Positions 47,845 through 59,132 of a stretch of DNA of 64,000 nucleotides are shown here, one piece after another. The position numbers were made by a program, and so were the translations under genes. The notes below the pieces were generated by a model. The model saw only the letters and a list, made by a program, of their open reading frames with translations. It did not search any database and was not told the origin of the DNA. Each line of letters begins with the position of its first letter. The stretch's first letter is position 1. The DNA is taken from NCBI GenBank assembly GCA_964630825.1, contig CAZVZR010000005.1, positions 3,545 to 67,544 on the forward strand. Reading direction: 5' to 3'. Source of the stretch: an uncultured Planctomycetales bacterium. GTDB taxonomy: Bacteria; Omnitrophota; Gorgyraeia; Zapsychrales; Zapsychraceae.

Positions 47845-48195
47845 TTGGTCACAACGTCTCAGAATGAACGAAGGCAGTTTAAAAGAGTGGGCCACAGCGA
47901 AGCCGTTGAGTTTCAATACAAAAGCGACTTTATGGGCAACGGTTCATTATCTTGTGATTTATCAGAAAGTGGCATACGGCTTACGGTTAATGATTTTGTT
48001 GCCTTGGGGACAGAAATGTTCCTTCAAATTCGGTTAGGAGCAGAAAATTTCGTGTCTTGCAACGGCCGAGTTGTGTGGGTTAGGCAATTGCCGCATAGCG
48101 AGAGGTATCAATTGGGGGTTGAGTTTATGGACACTTCTTCGGTAATGGAATCGCGTGGCCGGATTCGACGTCTTGTAGAACAGCCTGTTAATTAA
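47845..48195 (+). CDS. PilZ-domain protein (c-di-GMP binding)
   Basis: RxxxR (RRQFKR) and D/NxSxxG (DLSESGIRL) motifs. Confidence 0.7.
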   Translation: MVTTSQNERRQFKRVGHSEAVEFQYKSDFMGNGSLSCDLSESGIRLTVNDFVALGTEMFLQIRLGAENFVSCNGRVVWVRQLPHSERYQLGVEFMDTSSVMESRGRIRRLVEQPVN

Positions 48196-48228
48196 TTTAA
48201 TTTTGGATATTGGATTTAAGGAGTCATT

Positions 48229-48477
48229 ATGGCGGAAAATGCACCAGCAGCACCAGCAGCAGAAGAAAGAAGTAAAAAAAAGAAATGCGCACAAACAGGC
48301 GTCCCTTTAAAAAGAGTGCGGAGATATTTTCGTGATGGGCAATATTTTGCCAATAAAGGGGCTTATAGACTTTGGAAGCAAAAGAAGTTAGCAGAGAAAC
48401 CGGCAGCTAAAGAAGAAGCTGCTGCACAACCGGCACAAGCACCGGCAGAACAAAGCGCGCCAGAGAAACAAGCTTAA
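48229..48477 (+). CDS. small basic hypothetical protein with Ala/Pro-rich termini
   Basis: 82 aa. Basic core CAQTGVPLKRVRRYFRDGQYFANKGAYRLWKQKK flanked by AP-rich tails. An RBS GGAG is present. Confidence 0.45.
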   Translation: MAENAPAAPAAEERSKKKKCAQTGVPLKRVRRYFRDGQYFANKGAYRLWKQKKLAEKPAAKEEAAAQPAQAPAEQSAPEKQA

Positions 48478-48518
48478 TTTTATTAAATAGAGTCAGTAAT
48501 TAAGAGACAAGTAGGCCT

Positions 48519-48902
48519 ATGGCTACAAAAAGTTCTAATTCATTCTCGGAAAAAAGAAAGCATCCCCGTTTAGATCAAAATGTTCCTGTCAAGATTTGCC
48601 AAGAAGACGGTGATATTGTCACAGAAACAGCGAATATCAGCCGTTCCGGTGCCTATTGTAAAGTCGATCGTTATATTGAGCCTATGACAAAGCTCAAAAT
48701 GCACCTGCTGATCCCTTTAAAGAAAGGCAATAAGATTTTGACTAAGACAATATCCTGTAACGGAGTAGTTGTGCGAACCGAATCCCAAGGTAAAGATTAT
48801 AATGTCGCAATCTTTTTTAACGACATTACGCACCGGGATGCCGAAGCCATTGCGGATTATGTTCATTATTATATGGAACAAAAACAGAAGGCCAAGATTT
48901 AG
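48519..48902 (+). CDS. PilZ-domain protein
   Basis: RKHPRL and NISRSGAYC motifs. 127 aa. Confidence 0.65.
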   Translation: MATKSSNSFSEKRKHPRLDQNVPVKICQEDGDIVTETANISRSGAYCKVDRYIEPMTKLKMHLLIPLKKGNKILTKTISCNGVVVRTESQGKDYNVAIFFNDITHRDAEAIADYVHYYMEQKQKAKI

Positions 48903-48905
48903 AGT

Positions 48906-49565
48906 TTGAAAAATATAGACATTCTTTATGAGGACGCTCATTATATTGTTTTTGATAAACCAGCCGGGCTCCTTGTTATACCAACACCTAAAAGAGAAAA
49001 ATATACATTAAGCAGTATTGTCAATGAACAGTATGCTGCGAAGAACAAGGGAAATTTATACCCTTGCCATCGCCTTGACAGAGAAACTTCAGGGGTTATC
49101 CTTTTTGCAAAAAGTAAACATTATCAGGAATTGATGATGAATATTTTTCGCAGCAGGGAGATTCGGAAAGCCTACCTGGGATTTGTGCACGGGCATCTTA
49201 GTAAAAAGCAAGGTGAGTTAAGAAGCAGAATTTCCGATTTTGACCAGCAGAAGTTTCAGCCGCGGGCTTTTAAGAAGTTGGCGATAACACATTACCGGGT
49301 GCGGGAACAGAAGAAGGATTACAGCGTCGTGGAGATCGAGCCGCTCACCGGGCGGACCAACCAAATACGAATTCAGTTTAGTCAAATAGGGCATCCGTTA
49401 GTTGGTGAAAGAAAATATGCTGTTGCCAACCGGTTTGCGTTAAGGTTCAGGCGGACAGCGCTGCATGCGTTAAGCCTTGAATGGCGCGATCCGTTATCTA
49501 GAAAATTTATCAGAGTAACTTCAAATTTGGCGGAAGATATGGAAAACTTTTTAAAGAATCAGTAA
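48906..49565 (+). CDS. RluA-family pseudouridine synthase (no S4 domain)
   Basis: Motifs HRLDRETSGVILFAK and YLGFVHG. TTG start. Confidence 0.85.
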   Translation: MKNIDILYEDAHYIVFDKPAGLLVIPTPKREKYTLSSIVNEQYAAKNKGNLYPCHRLDRETSGVILFAKSKHYQELMMNIFRSREIRKAYLGFVHGHLSKKQGELRSRISDFDQQKFQPRAFKKLAITHYRVREQKKDYSVVEIEPLTGRTNQIRIQFSQIGHPLVGERKYAVANRFALRFRRTALHALSLEWRDPLSRKFIRVTSNLAEDMENFLKNQ

Positions 49566-49581
49566 ACTACGGAGGTGCTAC

Positions 49582-49896
49582 TTGCAAGATACTGAAATTA
49601 AAGGAAAGTCGCTCAACGAACTGGCGCAATTGTGCCATAGCATTGCCAAAGAAAAGGGTTTTTGGGATAAAGAGCGCAATATGGGAGAGGCGCTGATGCT
49701 GATTGTCACCGAGATTGCCGAGGCCATGGAGGCCCACCGTATTCAGGATAATGAGAATTTCAGGGAAGAAATCGCTGATGCATTTATTCGGTTATTAGAC
49801 CTTTGTGGAGGATTGAATCTGGATATCGAAGAAGAAATTTATAAGAAATCCCTTAAGAATAAAAAACGCCCGTATAAGCATGGAAAGATTTGCTAG
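49582..49896 (+). CDS. MazG-like nucleotide pyrophosphohydrolase (single domain)
   Basis: Motifs EIAEAMEA...EIADAFIRLLDL. 104 aa. Confidence 0.7.
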   Translation: MQDTEIKGKSLNELAQLCHSIAKEKGFWDKERNMGEALMLIVTEIAEAMEAHRIQDNENFREEIADAFIRLLDLCGGLNLDIEEEIYKKSLKNKKRPYKHGKIC

Positions 49897-50362
49897 ATTT
49901 AAATTTATCATCACTATTTTATTTGTTTTCCTTTCGGCGGGTTGTTCCCGTGTCGTTATTACCAATTACATTAAGGATGAAAATCCTTACAAGAAAGTTC
50001 TTCCTGCCAATTTTGCCCTCGTTCTTGATGCCGCCACCCGGGCGTTGACGCAGTCCGGATGGGTTGTGGCGGAAACAACGGACCCGGCTATTTTTGAGCG
50101 GCAAAGAGCCATCGGTGACCAAAATATAAAACAGCTTTTGATAATGACGGATATTCGTCATACAGCGCTTTTTGTCGGCTCACGGTATGCCAGGGTTAAT
50201 GTATTTTTAAGAATGATTTCAGAGGAAAACACAGAAGTGGAAATTCGGTATCTTACCGTAACATCCATTCCCTTTAAAAGTTTTCAAAATTATAAAAAAG
50301 ACAAGTTTGTTAAGCGGTTATTTGCAAAAATACAAGAGACTTTGAACACTGAAGTGAAATAG
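49880..50362 (+). CDS. hypothetical lipoprotein
   Basis: Signal peptide with lipobox LSAGC. Confidence 0.5.
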   Translation: MERFARFKFIITILFVFLSAGCSRVVITNYIKDENPYKKVLPANFALVLDAATRALTQSGWVVAETTDPAIFERQRAIGDQNIKQLLIMTDIRHTALFVGSRYARVNVFLRMISEENTEVEIRYLTVTSIPFKSFQNYKKDKFVKRLFAKIQETLNTEVK

Positions 50363-50431
50363 GCAAGCTTTGAGTCGTGCCTTGAGCTATGACCTGTGGT
50401 AAAATAATAGCCAAGGCATTTTTTATTACCT

Positions 50432-52423
50432 ATGGAAAAATTTATATTACAAAGCAAATTTAAACCGGTCACCGAGCAACTGCAGGCGGTGGATAAACTC
50501 GTTGCCGGCATAGGTAAAAGCGAACAGTCGCAAGTGTTATTGGGCGTTACCGGCAGCGGCAAGACTTTTACCCTGGCGAATATGATTGCCAAAATCAACC
50601 GCCCGACACTGGTTATTTCGCACAATAAAACGCTTGCCGCACAGCTTTATAGTGAGTTTAAAGAATTTTTTCCTACTAACGCCGTTGAGTATTTTGTGAG
50701 TTATTACGATTATTATCAACCCGAAGCGTACATTCCGCAGACTGATATTTATATAGAGAAAGACGCTTCCATCAATGACCGGTTAGACCGTTTACGTTTG
50801 GCATCAACCACGTCTTTGCTATCGCGGCGGGATGTTATTATTGTGGCGAGTGTATCGTGTATTTACAACTTAGGCTCGCCTAAAGATTATCAGGAATCTT
50901 TATTATACCTCAAAGTAGGCCAGGAAATTGACCGCGACCATGTTTTGTTACAACTGGTCAATATTCAATATGAACGTAATGATTATGAATTTACGCGTGG
51001 GAAAATTCGCGTCCGCGGCGATACCATTGAGGTTTACCCGGCCTATCGGCAGGACGCCTTGCGTATACAATTCTTTGGGGATAAAATCGAAAAAATTTTT
51101 CAGATCGATCCTGTCTCCGGTGATGAAATTCAACGGCTGGAGCAGGTGGCCGTCTATCCGGCGAAACATTTTATTGCTTCAGAGCCGCGTATTGAGCAGG
51201 CGATGAAAGAGATAGAAGATGAACTTCAAAAACGCGTCGCGGAACTCAACAAAATGGGAAAGTTGGCGGAGGCGCAACGGCTCAATTCCCGTACACGTTA
51301 TGATATGGAAATGTTAAAAGAGATAGGTTATTGCCACGGCATTGAGAATTATTCACGGGCGTTATCTGGCCGCCCACCGGGCAGCCGTCCGGATTGCCTT
51401 TTGAATTATTTCCCGAGCGATTTTATTACGATTATTGATGAATCGCACGCGACCATCCCGCAGATTAACGGCATGTATGAAGGGGATAAATCCCGCAAGC
51501 AAACTCTGGTCGAATACGGGTTTCGGCTGCCTTCCTGTTTGGATAACCGTCCCTTAAAATTCAGCGAATTTATGGAAGTTATTGGCCAGCGGATATATGT
51601 TTCAGCGACACCGGGTCCGTTTGAGAGAAAGGAAGCAGCTGGAAAAGTTATCGAACAAATCGTCCGTCCGACGGGTATTGTCGATCCGCCCATTGAAGTC
51701 AGGCCAACGTCTGGCCAGGTCAGCGATATTTTAAAGGAAGTGCAAAAGCGTGCCAAGAAAAATGAACGGGTCTTGATTACAACGCTCACTAAAAGAATGG
51801 CGGAAGATTTATGCGAATATTTGCAAGGCCAGGGGTTGGCCGTTAAGTATCTGCACTCGGATATTGAAACCCTTGAGCGCACCAAGATATTGAAGGATCT
51901 GCGGATGAAAAAGTTTGATTGTTTGGTCGGAGTAAATCTTTTACGTGAAGGCCTGGATTTGCCGGAAGTTTCTTTAGTGGCAATCTTTGATGCTGACAAA
52001 GAAGGTTTTTTACGTTCGCAGACGTCTTTAATTCAAACCTCTGGCCGCGCGGCGCGCAATATTAACGGTATAGTCATCATGTATGCCGATCGCATCAGTG
52101 AGGCTATGCGGATCACGATTCAAGAATGTGATCGTCGACGGAAAATTCAAGTGGAATTCAATAAGAAGCATAATATTACGCCGAAAACAATTATAAAAGC
52201 TATCCGCAGCGGAATCGAACAGCTGCTTGAAGAAGAGGCGGAAGAAGTAGTAATGGGCGCCATCGGGCAAGGCAAAGAGGATTATGAAGTAATGAATTTT
52301 ATTGCCGAGCTAGAGCGTGAGATGGATCTGGCCGCGCGCAATCTTCAGTTTGAGAAAGCCGCGGGAATCCGGGACCAAATCAAAGAACTCAAAGGTTACG
52401 CAAAACCAGCCCCCAAAAAATAA
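50432..52423 (+). CDS. uvrB: excinuclease ABC subunit B
   Basis: 663 aa with GVTGSGKTFT, helicase motifs and a C-terminal UVR domain. Confidence 0.97.
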   Translation: MEKFILQSKFKPVTEQLQAVDKLVAGIGKSEQSQVLLGVTGSGKTFTLANMIAKINRPTLVISHNKTLAAQLYSEFKEFFPTNAVEYFVSYYDYYQPEAYIPQTDIYIEKDASINDRLDRLRLASTTSLLSRRDVIIVASVSCIYNLGSPKDYQESLLYLKVGQEIDRDHVLLQLVNIQYERNDYEFTRGKIRVRGDTIEVYPAYRQDALRIQFFGDKIEKIFQIDPVSGDEIQRLEQVAVYPAKHFIASEPRIEQAMKEIEDELQKRVAELNKMGKLAEAQRLNSRTRYDMEMLKEIGYCHGIENYSRALSGRPPGSRPDCLLNYFPSDFITIIDESHATIPQINGMYEGDKSRKQTLVEYGFRLPSCLDNRPLKFSEFMEVIGQRIYVSATPGPFERKEAAGKVIEQIVRPTGIVDPPIEVRPTSGQVSDILKEVQKRAKKNERVLITTLTKRMAEDLCEYLQGQGLAVKYLHSDIETLERTKILKDLRMKKFDCLVGVNLLREGLDLPEVSLVAIFDADKEGFLRSQTSLIQTSGRAARNINGIVIMYADRISEAMRITIQECDRRRKIQVEFNKKHNITPKTIIKAIRSGIEQLLEEEAEEVVMGAIGQGKEDYEVMNFIAELEREMDLAARNLQFEKAAGIRDQIKELKGYAKPAPKK

Positions 52424-52529
52424 TTTAAGGAATCCGCATTGTTACGGGGCGTTGACAAGAGTATAGTTTTTTCAGGTTTTAAATCGCGCAAATAAATAGG
52501 GGACACTGATTCCAGGAACACAAATTTTA

Positions 52530-52949
52530 ATGTTTTTAAATAAAAAAGCATTTTCATTGTTGGAATTGGTTGTGGTCCTCATTATTATTTCTGCTTTAGC
52601 GGCTCTTGCATTGCCAAGATTTTTTAAACTGATCGAGGTCTCAAGATCAACAGAAGCATTAACGATTTTAAAAGTATGGCGGGACGGACTAGAAAGATGT
52701 TTTGCAGCAACTGGAAATTATACTAGTTGTGCTGGTACTTGGGATGCGATACAAATGGATAATCCATTTTCCAATCCCGGAAATCACTTTATTTATTTTT
52801 CCGTTTACAATCCAGACCAATTTACGTTATATGCTACACGCAATACATTGGATGGGGGAAACACCGCAGATTACATTACTTTGGAGCAAAATAATACGAC
52901 TGGCGTTATTAAAATTACTGGCTACGGAAATTATGCAAGCATTAAATGA
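52530..52949 (+). CDS. type IV pilin/pseudopilin-like protein
   Basis: N-terminal FSLLELVVVLIIISALAALALP with Glu at +5 after the putative prepilin cleavage site. 139 aa. Confidence 0.65.
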   Translation: MFLNKKAFSLLELVVVLIIISALAALALPRFFKLIEVSRSTEALTILKVWRDGLERCFAATGNYTSCAGTWDAIQMDNPFSNPGNHFIYFSVYNPDQFTLYATRNTLDGGNTADYITLEQNNTTGVIKITGYGNYASIK

Positions 52950-52982
52950 TAGTTTTGTATCAATGTTAACTCTGTTTAAATT

Positions 52983-53765
52983 GTGGAGGACCAATTAAAT
53001 ATGTTGTTATTAGGTATTGATATCGGCAATACGACCGTTTCTCTGGGAGTTATAAACGGCAGGAAAATTTTAGGGAGGTATTCTATTGAACTAAAATCTT
53101 CCCAAAAGGATTTCTCGGTACAGTTAGTACGTATCCTCAAAAAGGTGCAGAAACGATACTTACCTGATACGGTGGCTATTTGCAGTGTTGTTCCTGAACG
53201 GCTTAAAACCATCGAATCGCTAGTTAAGAGGCATCTTAAAATTAAACCGCTGGTTATCGGCCGGGATGTAAATGTCCCTATCAAAAATAAATATCGTCAC
53301 CCGCACAGCGTCGGGCAGGATCGACTAGTCGGTGCTTATGCCGTCAAATTGCTATATGGTGCCCCGGCCATTATCATTGATTTCGGTACAGCGATTACCT
53401 TTGATATTGTTTCGGCAAAAGGAGAATATGAAGGTGGAATGATTGTTCCTGGGCTTCAACTTTCGGTTGAATCTTTATTCCAAAAGACAGCCATGTTGCC
53501 GAAATTAGAGAAAATTCGTTCTCCGCGCAGTTTTATTGGCAAGACAACTCAAGACAGCATTCTTAACGGCCTTATCTATGGATACGGCACGATGTGCTCG
53601 GGGATGATTGACCTTATTAAAAGGAAGATCAGACAGCGGCCTAAAATTATTGTGACCGGTGGGTATACCCGGTTAATGAGAAAATATATTGCCCACAAAA
53701 TCGATAAGATCGACCCGCATTTAATCTTCAAGGGACTGTATCTAATTAACACACAACGTTTTTGA
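52983..53765 (+). CDS. coaX: type III pantothenate kinase
   Basis: LLLGIDIGNTTVSLG and DFGTAITFD motifs. Confidence 0.85.
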   Translation: MEDQLNMLLLGIDIGNTTVSLGVINGRKILGRYSIELKSSQKDFSVQLVRILKKVQKRYLPDTVAICSVVPERLKTIESLVKRHLKIKPLVIGRDVNVPIKNKYRHPHSVGQDRLVGAYAVKLLYGAPAIIIDFGTAITFDIVSAKGEYEGGMIVPGLQLSVESLFQKTAMLPKLEKIRSPRSFIGKTTQDSILNGLIYGYGTMCSGMIDLIKRKIRQRPKIIVTGGYTRLMRKYIAHKIDKIDPHLIFKGLYLINTQRF

Positions 53766-53810
53766 CGGCTGTCCAAAATTTTTCTTGACAAAAATAATTT
53801 TTTTGTTAAA

Positions 53811-53837
53811 TTAGCACTCTGCTTTAAGAAGTGCTAG
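53811..53837 (+). promoter_or_regulatory. CIRCE (HrcA operator) inverted repeat TTAGCACTC-N9-AAGTGCTAG
   Basis: Two mismatches to the TTAGCACTC-N9-GAGTGCTAA consensus. Flanked by TTGACA hexamers at 53785 and 53838. It lies 63 nt upstream of groES. Confidence 0.8.
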
Positions 53838-53899
53838 TTGACAAATTTTAAAGGTTAATAATATCCATTAATATAAATTAAACCCAAGGAGGTGTATCA

Positions 53900-54199
53900 G
53901 TGAATATTCAACCATTAGCAGACAGAGTCATCGTTCAGCCGTTAGACGCTGAAGAAAAAACAAAAGGGGGCATTGTTCTTCCCGATACCGCGAAGGAAAA
54001 GCCTCAAGAAGGTAAAGTTGTTGCCGTAGGTAAAGGCAAAGTCAGCGAGGACGGAAAAGTTATTCCTCTCGAGCTTAAAGCCGGCGACAGAATTTTGTAT
54101 GGTAAATACAGCGGATCAGAAATTACAACCAAAGAAGGCAACGAATATTTAATCATGCGCGAGGAAGATGTTTTGGCGGTGGTTAGCAGCAAGAAGTAA
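53900..54199 (+). CDS. groES: co-chaperonin GroES
   Basis: GTG start with an AAGGAGG RBS. Product [12 protein letters not shown]... 99 aa. Confidence 0.95.
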   Translation: MNIQPLADRVIVQPLDAEEKTKGGIVLPDTAKEKPQEGKVVAVGKGKVSEDGKVIPLELKAGDRILYGKYSGSEITTKEGNEYLIMREEDVLAVVSSKK

Positions 54200-54216
54200 C
54201 GTAAACTGATATTTAA

Positions 54217-55893
<1,677 letters not shown>

Positions 55894-55955
55894 TATTCTT
55901 TACCCAGCCTAAGGGCAGGATATTATTAAATATCGATCCCTTAGATTACATACAG

Positions 55956-55996
55956 CCCCGGGAAGGTGATTGTAAATCCTTCCCGGGGTTTTTTAT
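55956..55996 (+). terminator. rho-independent terminator after groEL
   Basis: CCCCGGGAAGG / CCTTCCCGGGG 11-bp stem followed by TTTTTTATTT. Confidence 0.8.
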
Positions 55997-56139
55997 TTAT
56001 TGACATTTTCAATCAAACTGTTTATATTATAACCTTAATTATTTATACCCTATGCTTTATTTTACGGGTGGTGTTATTCAAAAGTTTGAAGCTTGGACGT
56101 TTTTCAGTAGATTTGTAACCGTTTAGGAGGAAACAGTTT

Positions 56140-57300
56140 ATGGCAGAATGGATTGGCATAGGACGCCGTGCCAGACGTTGTTACGGTTTTGACGAAGTTG
56201 CCCTCGTTCCCCGCAATGTAACAGTTAACCCCAATGAAGTTGATACCAGTTGGACTATTGCTGATAAGAAATTTAAAGTTCCTATCCTTGCCGCTGCGAT
56301 GGATGGTGTTGTTGACGTAAATTTTGCCGTCGCAATGGGAAAGCTTGGCGGTATCGCAGTCCTTAATCTAGATGGTATCCAGACACGCTATGAAAAACCT
56401 GATGAAATTCTCGATCAGATTGCCAATGCCTCAGCTGAGGAAGCCACCAAACTAGTCCAGAGCGTCTATCTTACTCCGGTCAAAGAAGAATTAATTTCCA
56501 AACGCGTAAAAGAAATTAAATCAAAAAAAGTTCCTGCCGTTGTCAGCTGTATTCCACAAAATGCCCAAAAATATAGTGCTATAGCTGAAGAAGCTGGTTG
56601 CGATATTTTTATTATTCAATCAACGGTGGCGACAATCAAGCATATTGCTACAGAATACAAAGTGGTGGATATTTCAAAGTTAATCAGTGAAATTAAAATT
56701 CCGGTTATTATCGGTAACAGTGTAACCTATGATGTAGCCTTGGAATTAATGGAAGCCGGCGCTGCCGGTTTGTTGGTAGGCATCGGGCCCGGGGCAGCGT
56801 GCACGACGCGCGGTGTTTTAGGTATTGGTGTCCCCCAGATTACGACGACAGTTGATTCGGCTGCTGCCCGCGACCATTTTTATAAAAGGACGGGAAGGTA
56901 TGTTACGATTATTACCGATGGCGGGATGCGCATCGGTGGTGAAATATGCAAAGCTTTTGCCGCTGGAGCGGATGCCGTTATGGTCGGTTCAGCGTTTGCC
57001 CGGGCTCAAGAAGCTCCGGGGCGGGGTTATCATTGGGGCATGGCGACTTCACATGCCAATCTTCCCCGTGGTACACGAATCCGTGTCGGTACAACAGGTA
57101 CATTGCAGGATATTCTATTTGGGCCGGCCAAGGTTGATGATGGCTCGCAAAATTTAGTCGGGGCCTTACAGACCTCGATGGGATCGCTGGGTGCGTCCAA
57201 TATTAAAGAAATGCATGACGTCGAGATTATTATTGCGCCATCGATTCAAACCGAAGGAAAAGTTTTTCAGGTCGGCCAGCGCGTGGGGATGGGAAAATAA
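56140..57300 (+). CDS. IMP dehydrogenase/GMP reductase-family protein lacking the CBS subdomain
   Basis: TIM-barrel IMPDH motifs (GIGPGAACTTR, catalytic Cys). At 386 aa it is about 100 aa shorter than canonical GuaB. Confidence 0.8.
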   Translation: MAEWIGIGRRARRCYGFDEVALVPRNVTVNPNEVDTSWTIADKKFKVPILAAAMDGVVDVNFAVAMGKLGGIAVLNLDGIQTRYEKPDEILDQIANASAEEATKLVQSVYLTPVKEELISKRVKEIKSKKVPAVVSCIPQNAQKYSAIAEEAGCDIFIIQSTVATIKHIATEYKVVDISKLISEIKIPVIIGNSVTYDVALELMEAGAAGLLVGIGPGAACTTRGVLGIGVPQITTTVDSAAARDHFYKRTGRYVTIITDGGMRIGGEICKAFAAGADAVMVGSAFARAQEAPGRGYHWGMATSHANLPRGTRIRVGTTGTLQDILFGPAKVDDGSQNLVGALQTSMGSLGASNIKEMHDVEIIIAPSIQTEGKVFQVGQRVGMGK

Positions 57301-57353
57301 CGTTAAATAAATGGCTGGTGATCATTTAAGAAACTAGAAAAGGTAAAAAGAAA

Positions 57354-59087
57354 ATGCCTAAAAAAGACAAGAAAATCAAAAAGAAAATTGCCAAGAAACT
57401 TGCTGCCGGGAAACCCATAAAGAAGGTAAAGTTAAAATTTAGGGGAAGAAGGCATTCCAAAGTTTCCTCCAAGCATTACATGAGGAGGATATCAAAACTG
57501 AAAACTTTAAGAGGCCATACGGCTTCTATGAATATAAAGAGGCCCAAGAGCAAAGATGTTATTTTGGTTTTGGATTTTGGTTCACAATATACCCAGCTTA
57601 TTGCCCGACGGGTAAGAGAGAATAAGGTTTACAGCAAAATAGTTCCTTACAACATTTCGGCTGATGAAATTATGGAGCAAAAGCCAAAAGGGTTGATTCT
57701 TTCCGGAGGGCCGATGAGTGTTTACGACAAAGGCGCACCGATGCCCAAAGAAGAAATTTTTAAGTTGGGCATTCCTATCCTTGGCGTTTGTTACGGGATG
57801 CAGGCGATTACGGAAATTTTTGGCGGTAAAGTTCAAAGCAGCCCGACCCGCGAATTTGGCCGAGCGGAATTGTTTATTGATAATAACCGGGATTTGTTTG
57901 CTAATTGCCCGACCAACTTGACCTGCTGGATGAGTCACAGCGATCAAATCAAGAAAATGCCGGCGGGTTTTACTGTTTCTGCGCATACTCTTAATGCGCC
58001 TGTCGCGGCAATTTCCAATAAAGCCAAAAAGATATACGGCGTGCAGTTTCATCCCGAAGTCGTGCACACCCAGCGTGGGACTCAGATTTTAAGCAATTTT
58101 CTTTTTCTTATCTGTGGCTGTTTGCCCCGTTGGACTGTTGATAAATTCGTTGATTTAAGCATCAAACAGATTAAAGAACAGGTTGCTGGTAAAAATGTCG
58201 TCTTGGCGTTAAGTGGCGGCGTTGATTCGGCGGTCGCGGCGATGATTTTGCACAAAGCCGTCGGGCGAAAACTTCATTGCATCTTTGTCGACAACGGATT
58301 ACTGCGCAAAAATGAAGTCGCTTCCGTGCAGCGGACCTTTAAGGGAAATTTCAAAATGAACCTTTTGACGGTCAATGCTGAAAAGCGTTTCTTAGTCCGT
58401 TTAAAAGGTGTCGTTGACCCTGAGCAAAAGCGTAAGTTTATCGGCGATGAGTTTATTAAAGTTTTCTCCGAACGCGCCAAAAAAATTAAGAATGTGGATT
58501 TTCTTGCCCAAGGTACGCTGTATCCGGATGTCATTGAATCGTTTTCTCCGATCGGTGGCCCATCGGCTACAATCAAGAGCCATCACAATGTCGGCGGGCT
58601 TCCCAAGAACATGAAGCTGCAGTTAATTGAGCCTTTGCGTGAACTTTTTAAAGACGAAGTCCGCATTATTGGCAAGCATTTGGGCTTGCCGGAATCTGTT
58701 TTAAAGCGCCAGCCGTTTCCGGGCCCGGGTTTAGGTATCCGCGTTCTCGATGATATTACGAAAGAGCGCCTAGATATTTTACGTGATGCCGATGAAATTG
58801 TTATTGATGAGTTTAAAAAATCAGGGCTTTATGCAGAGGTATGGCAGTCGTTTGCCGTTTTACTTCCCGTTAAGACCGTTGGTGTTATGGGTGACCAGAG
58901 GACTTATGAAAACGTTATTGCCGTTCGGTGCGTTTCCAGCATTGACGGGATGACTGCGGATTGGGTCCAGTTGCCTTATGACCTGTTAGGGACAATTTCC
59001 AACCGCATCATCAATGAAGTTAAGGGTGTTAACCGCGTCGTTTACGACATCAGCTCGAAACCGCCGGCGACGATTGAGTGGGAATAA
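57354..59087 (+). CDS. guaA: GMP synthase (glutamine-hydrolysing); a possible 58-aa Lys-rich N-terminal extension, alternative start at 57528
   Basis: GATase1 (VCYGMQ), PP-loop SGGVDS, C-terminal dimerisation domain. Confidence 0.9.
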   Translation: MPKKDKKIKKKIAKKLAAGKPIKKVKLKFRGRRHSKVSSKHYMRRISKLKTLRGHTASMNIKRPKSKDVILVLDFGSQYTQLIARRVRENKVYSKIVPYNISADEIMEQKPKGLILSGGPMSVYDKGAPMPKEEIFKLGIPILGVCYGMQAITEIFGGKVQSSPTREFGRAELFIDNNRDLFANCPTNLTCWMSHSDQIKKMPAGFTVSAHTLNAPVAAISNKAKKIYGVQFHPEVVHTQRGTQILSNFLFLICGCLPRWTVDKFVDLSIKQIKEQVAGKNVVLALSGGVDSAVAAMILHKAVGRKLHCIFVDNGLLRKNEVASVQRTFKGNFKMNLLTVNAEKRFLVRLKGVVDPEQKRKFIGDEFIKVFSERAKKIKNVDFLAQGTLYPDVIESFSPIGGPSATIKSHHNVGGLPKNMKLQLIEPLRELFKDEVRIIGKHLGLPESVLKRQPFPGPGLGIRVLDDITKERLDILRDADEIVIDEFKKSGLYAEVWQSFAVLLPVKTVGVMGDQRTYENVIAVRCVSSIDGMTADWVQLPYDLLGTISNRIINEVKGVNRVVYDISSKPPATIEWE

Positions 59088-59132
59088 TTTAATTTTTGAT
59101 TTAATGATTTTCCTGCCGTAATTTGGGTAATT

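Noticed and set aside
47720-48037. 105-aa + strand ORF overlapping the PilZ gene in another frame
   Set aside because: It starts upstream of the -10 element, and the PilZ frame carries the recognisable motifs.
51406-51999. 197-aa minus-strand ORF
   Set aside because: It lies antisense inside uvrB.
52450-52530. TTGACA box between uvrB and the pilin-like gene
   Set aside because: No -10 hexamer lies at an acceptable spacing, so I did not call a promoter.
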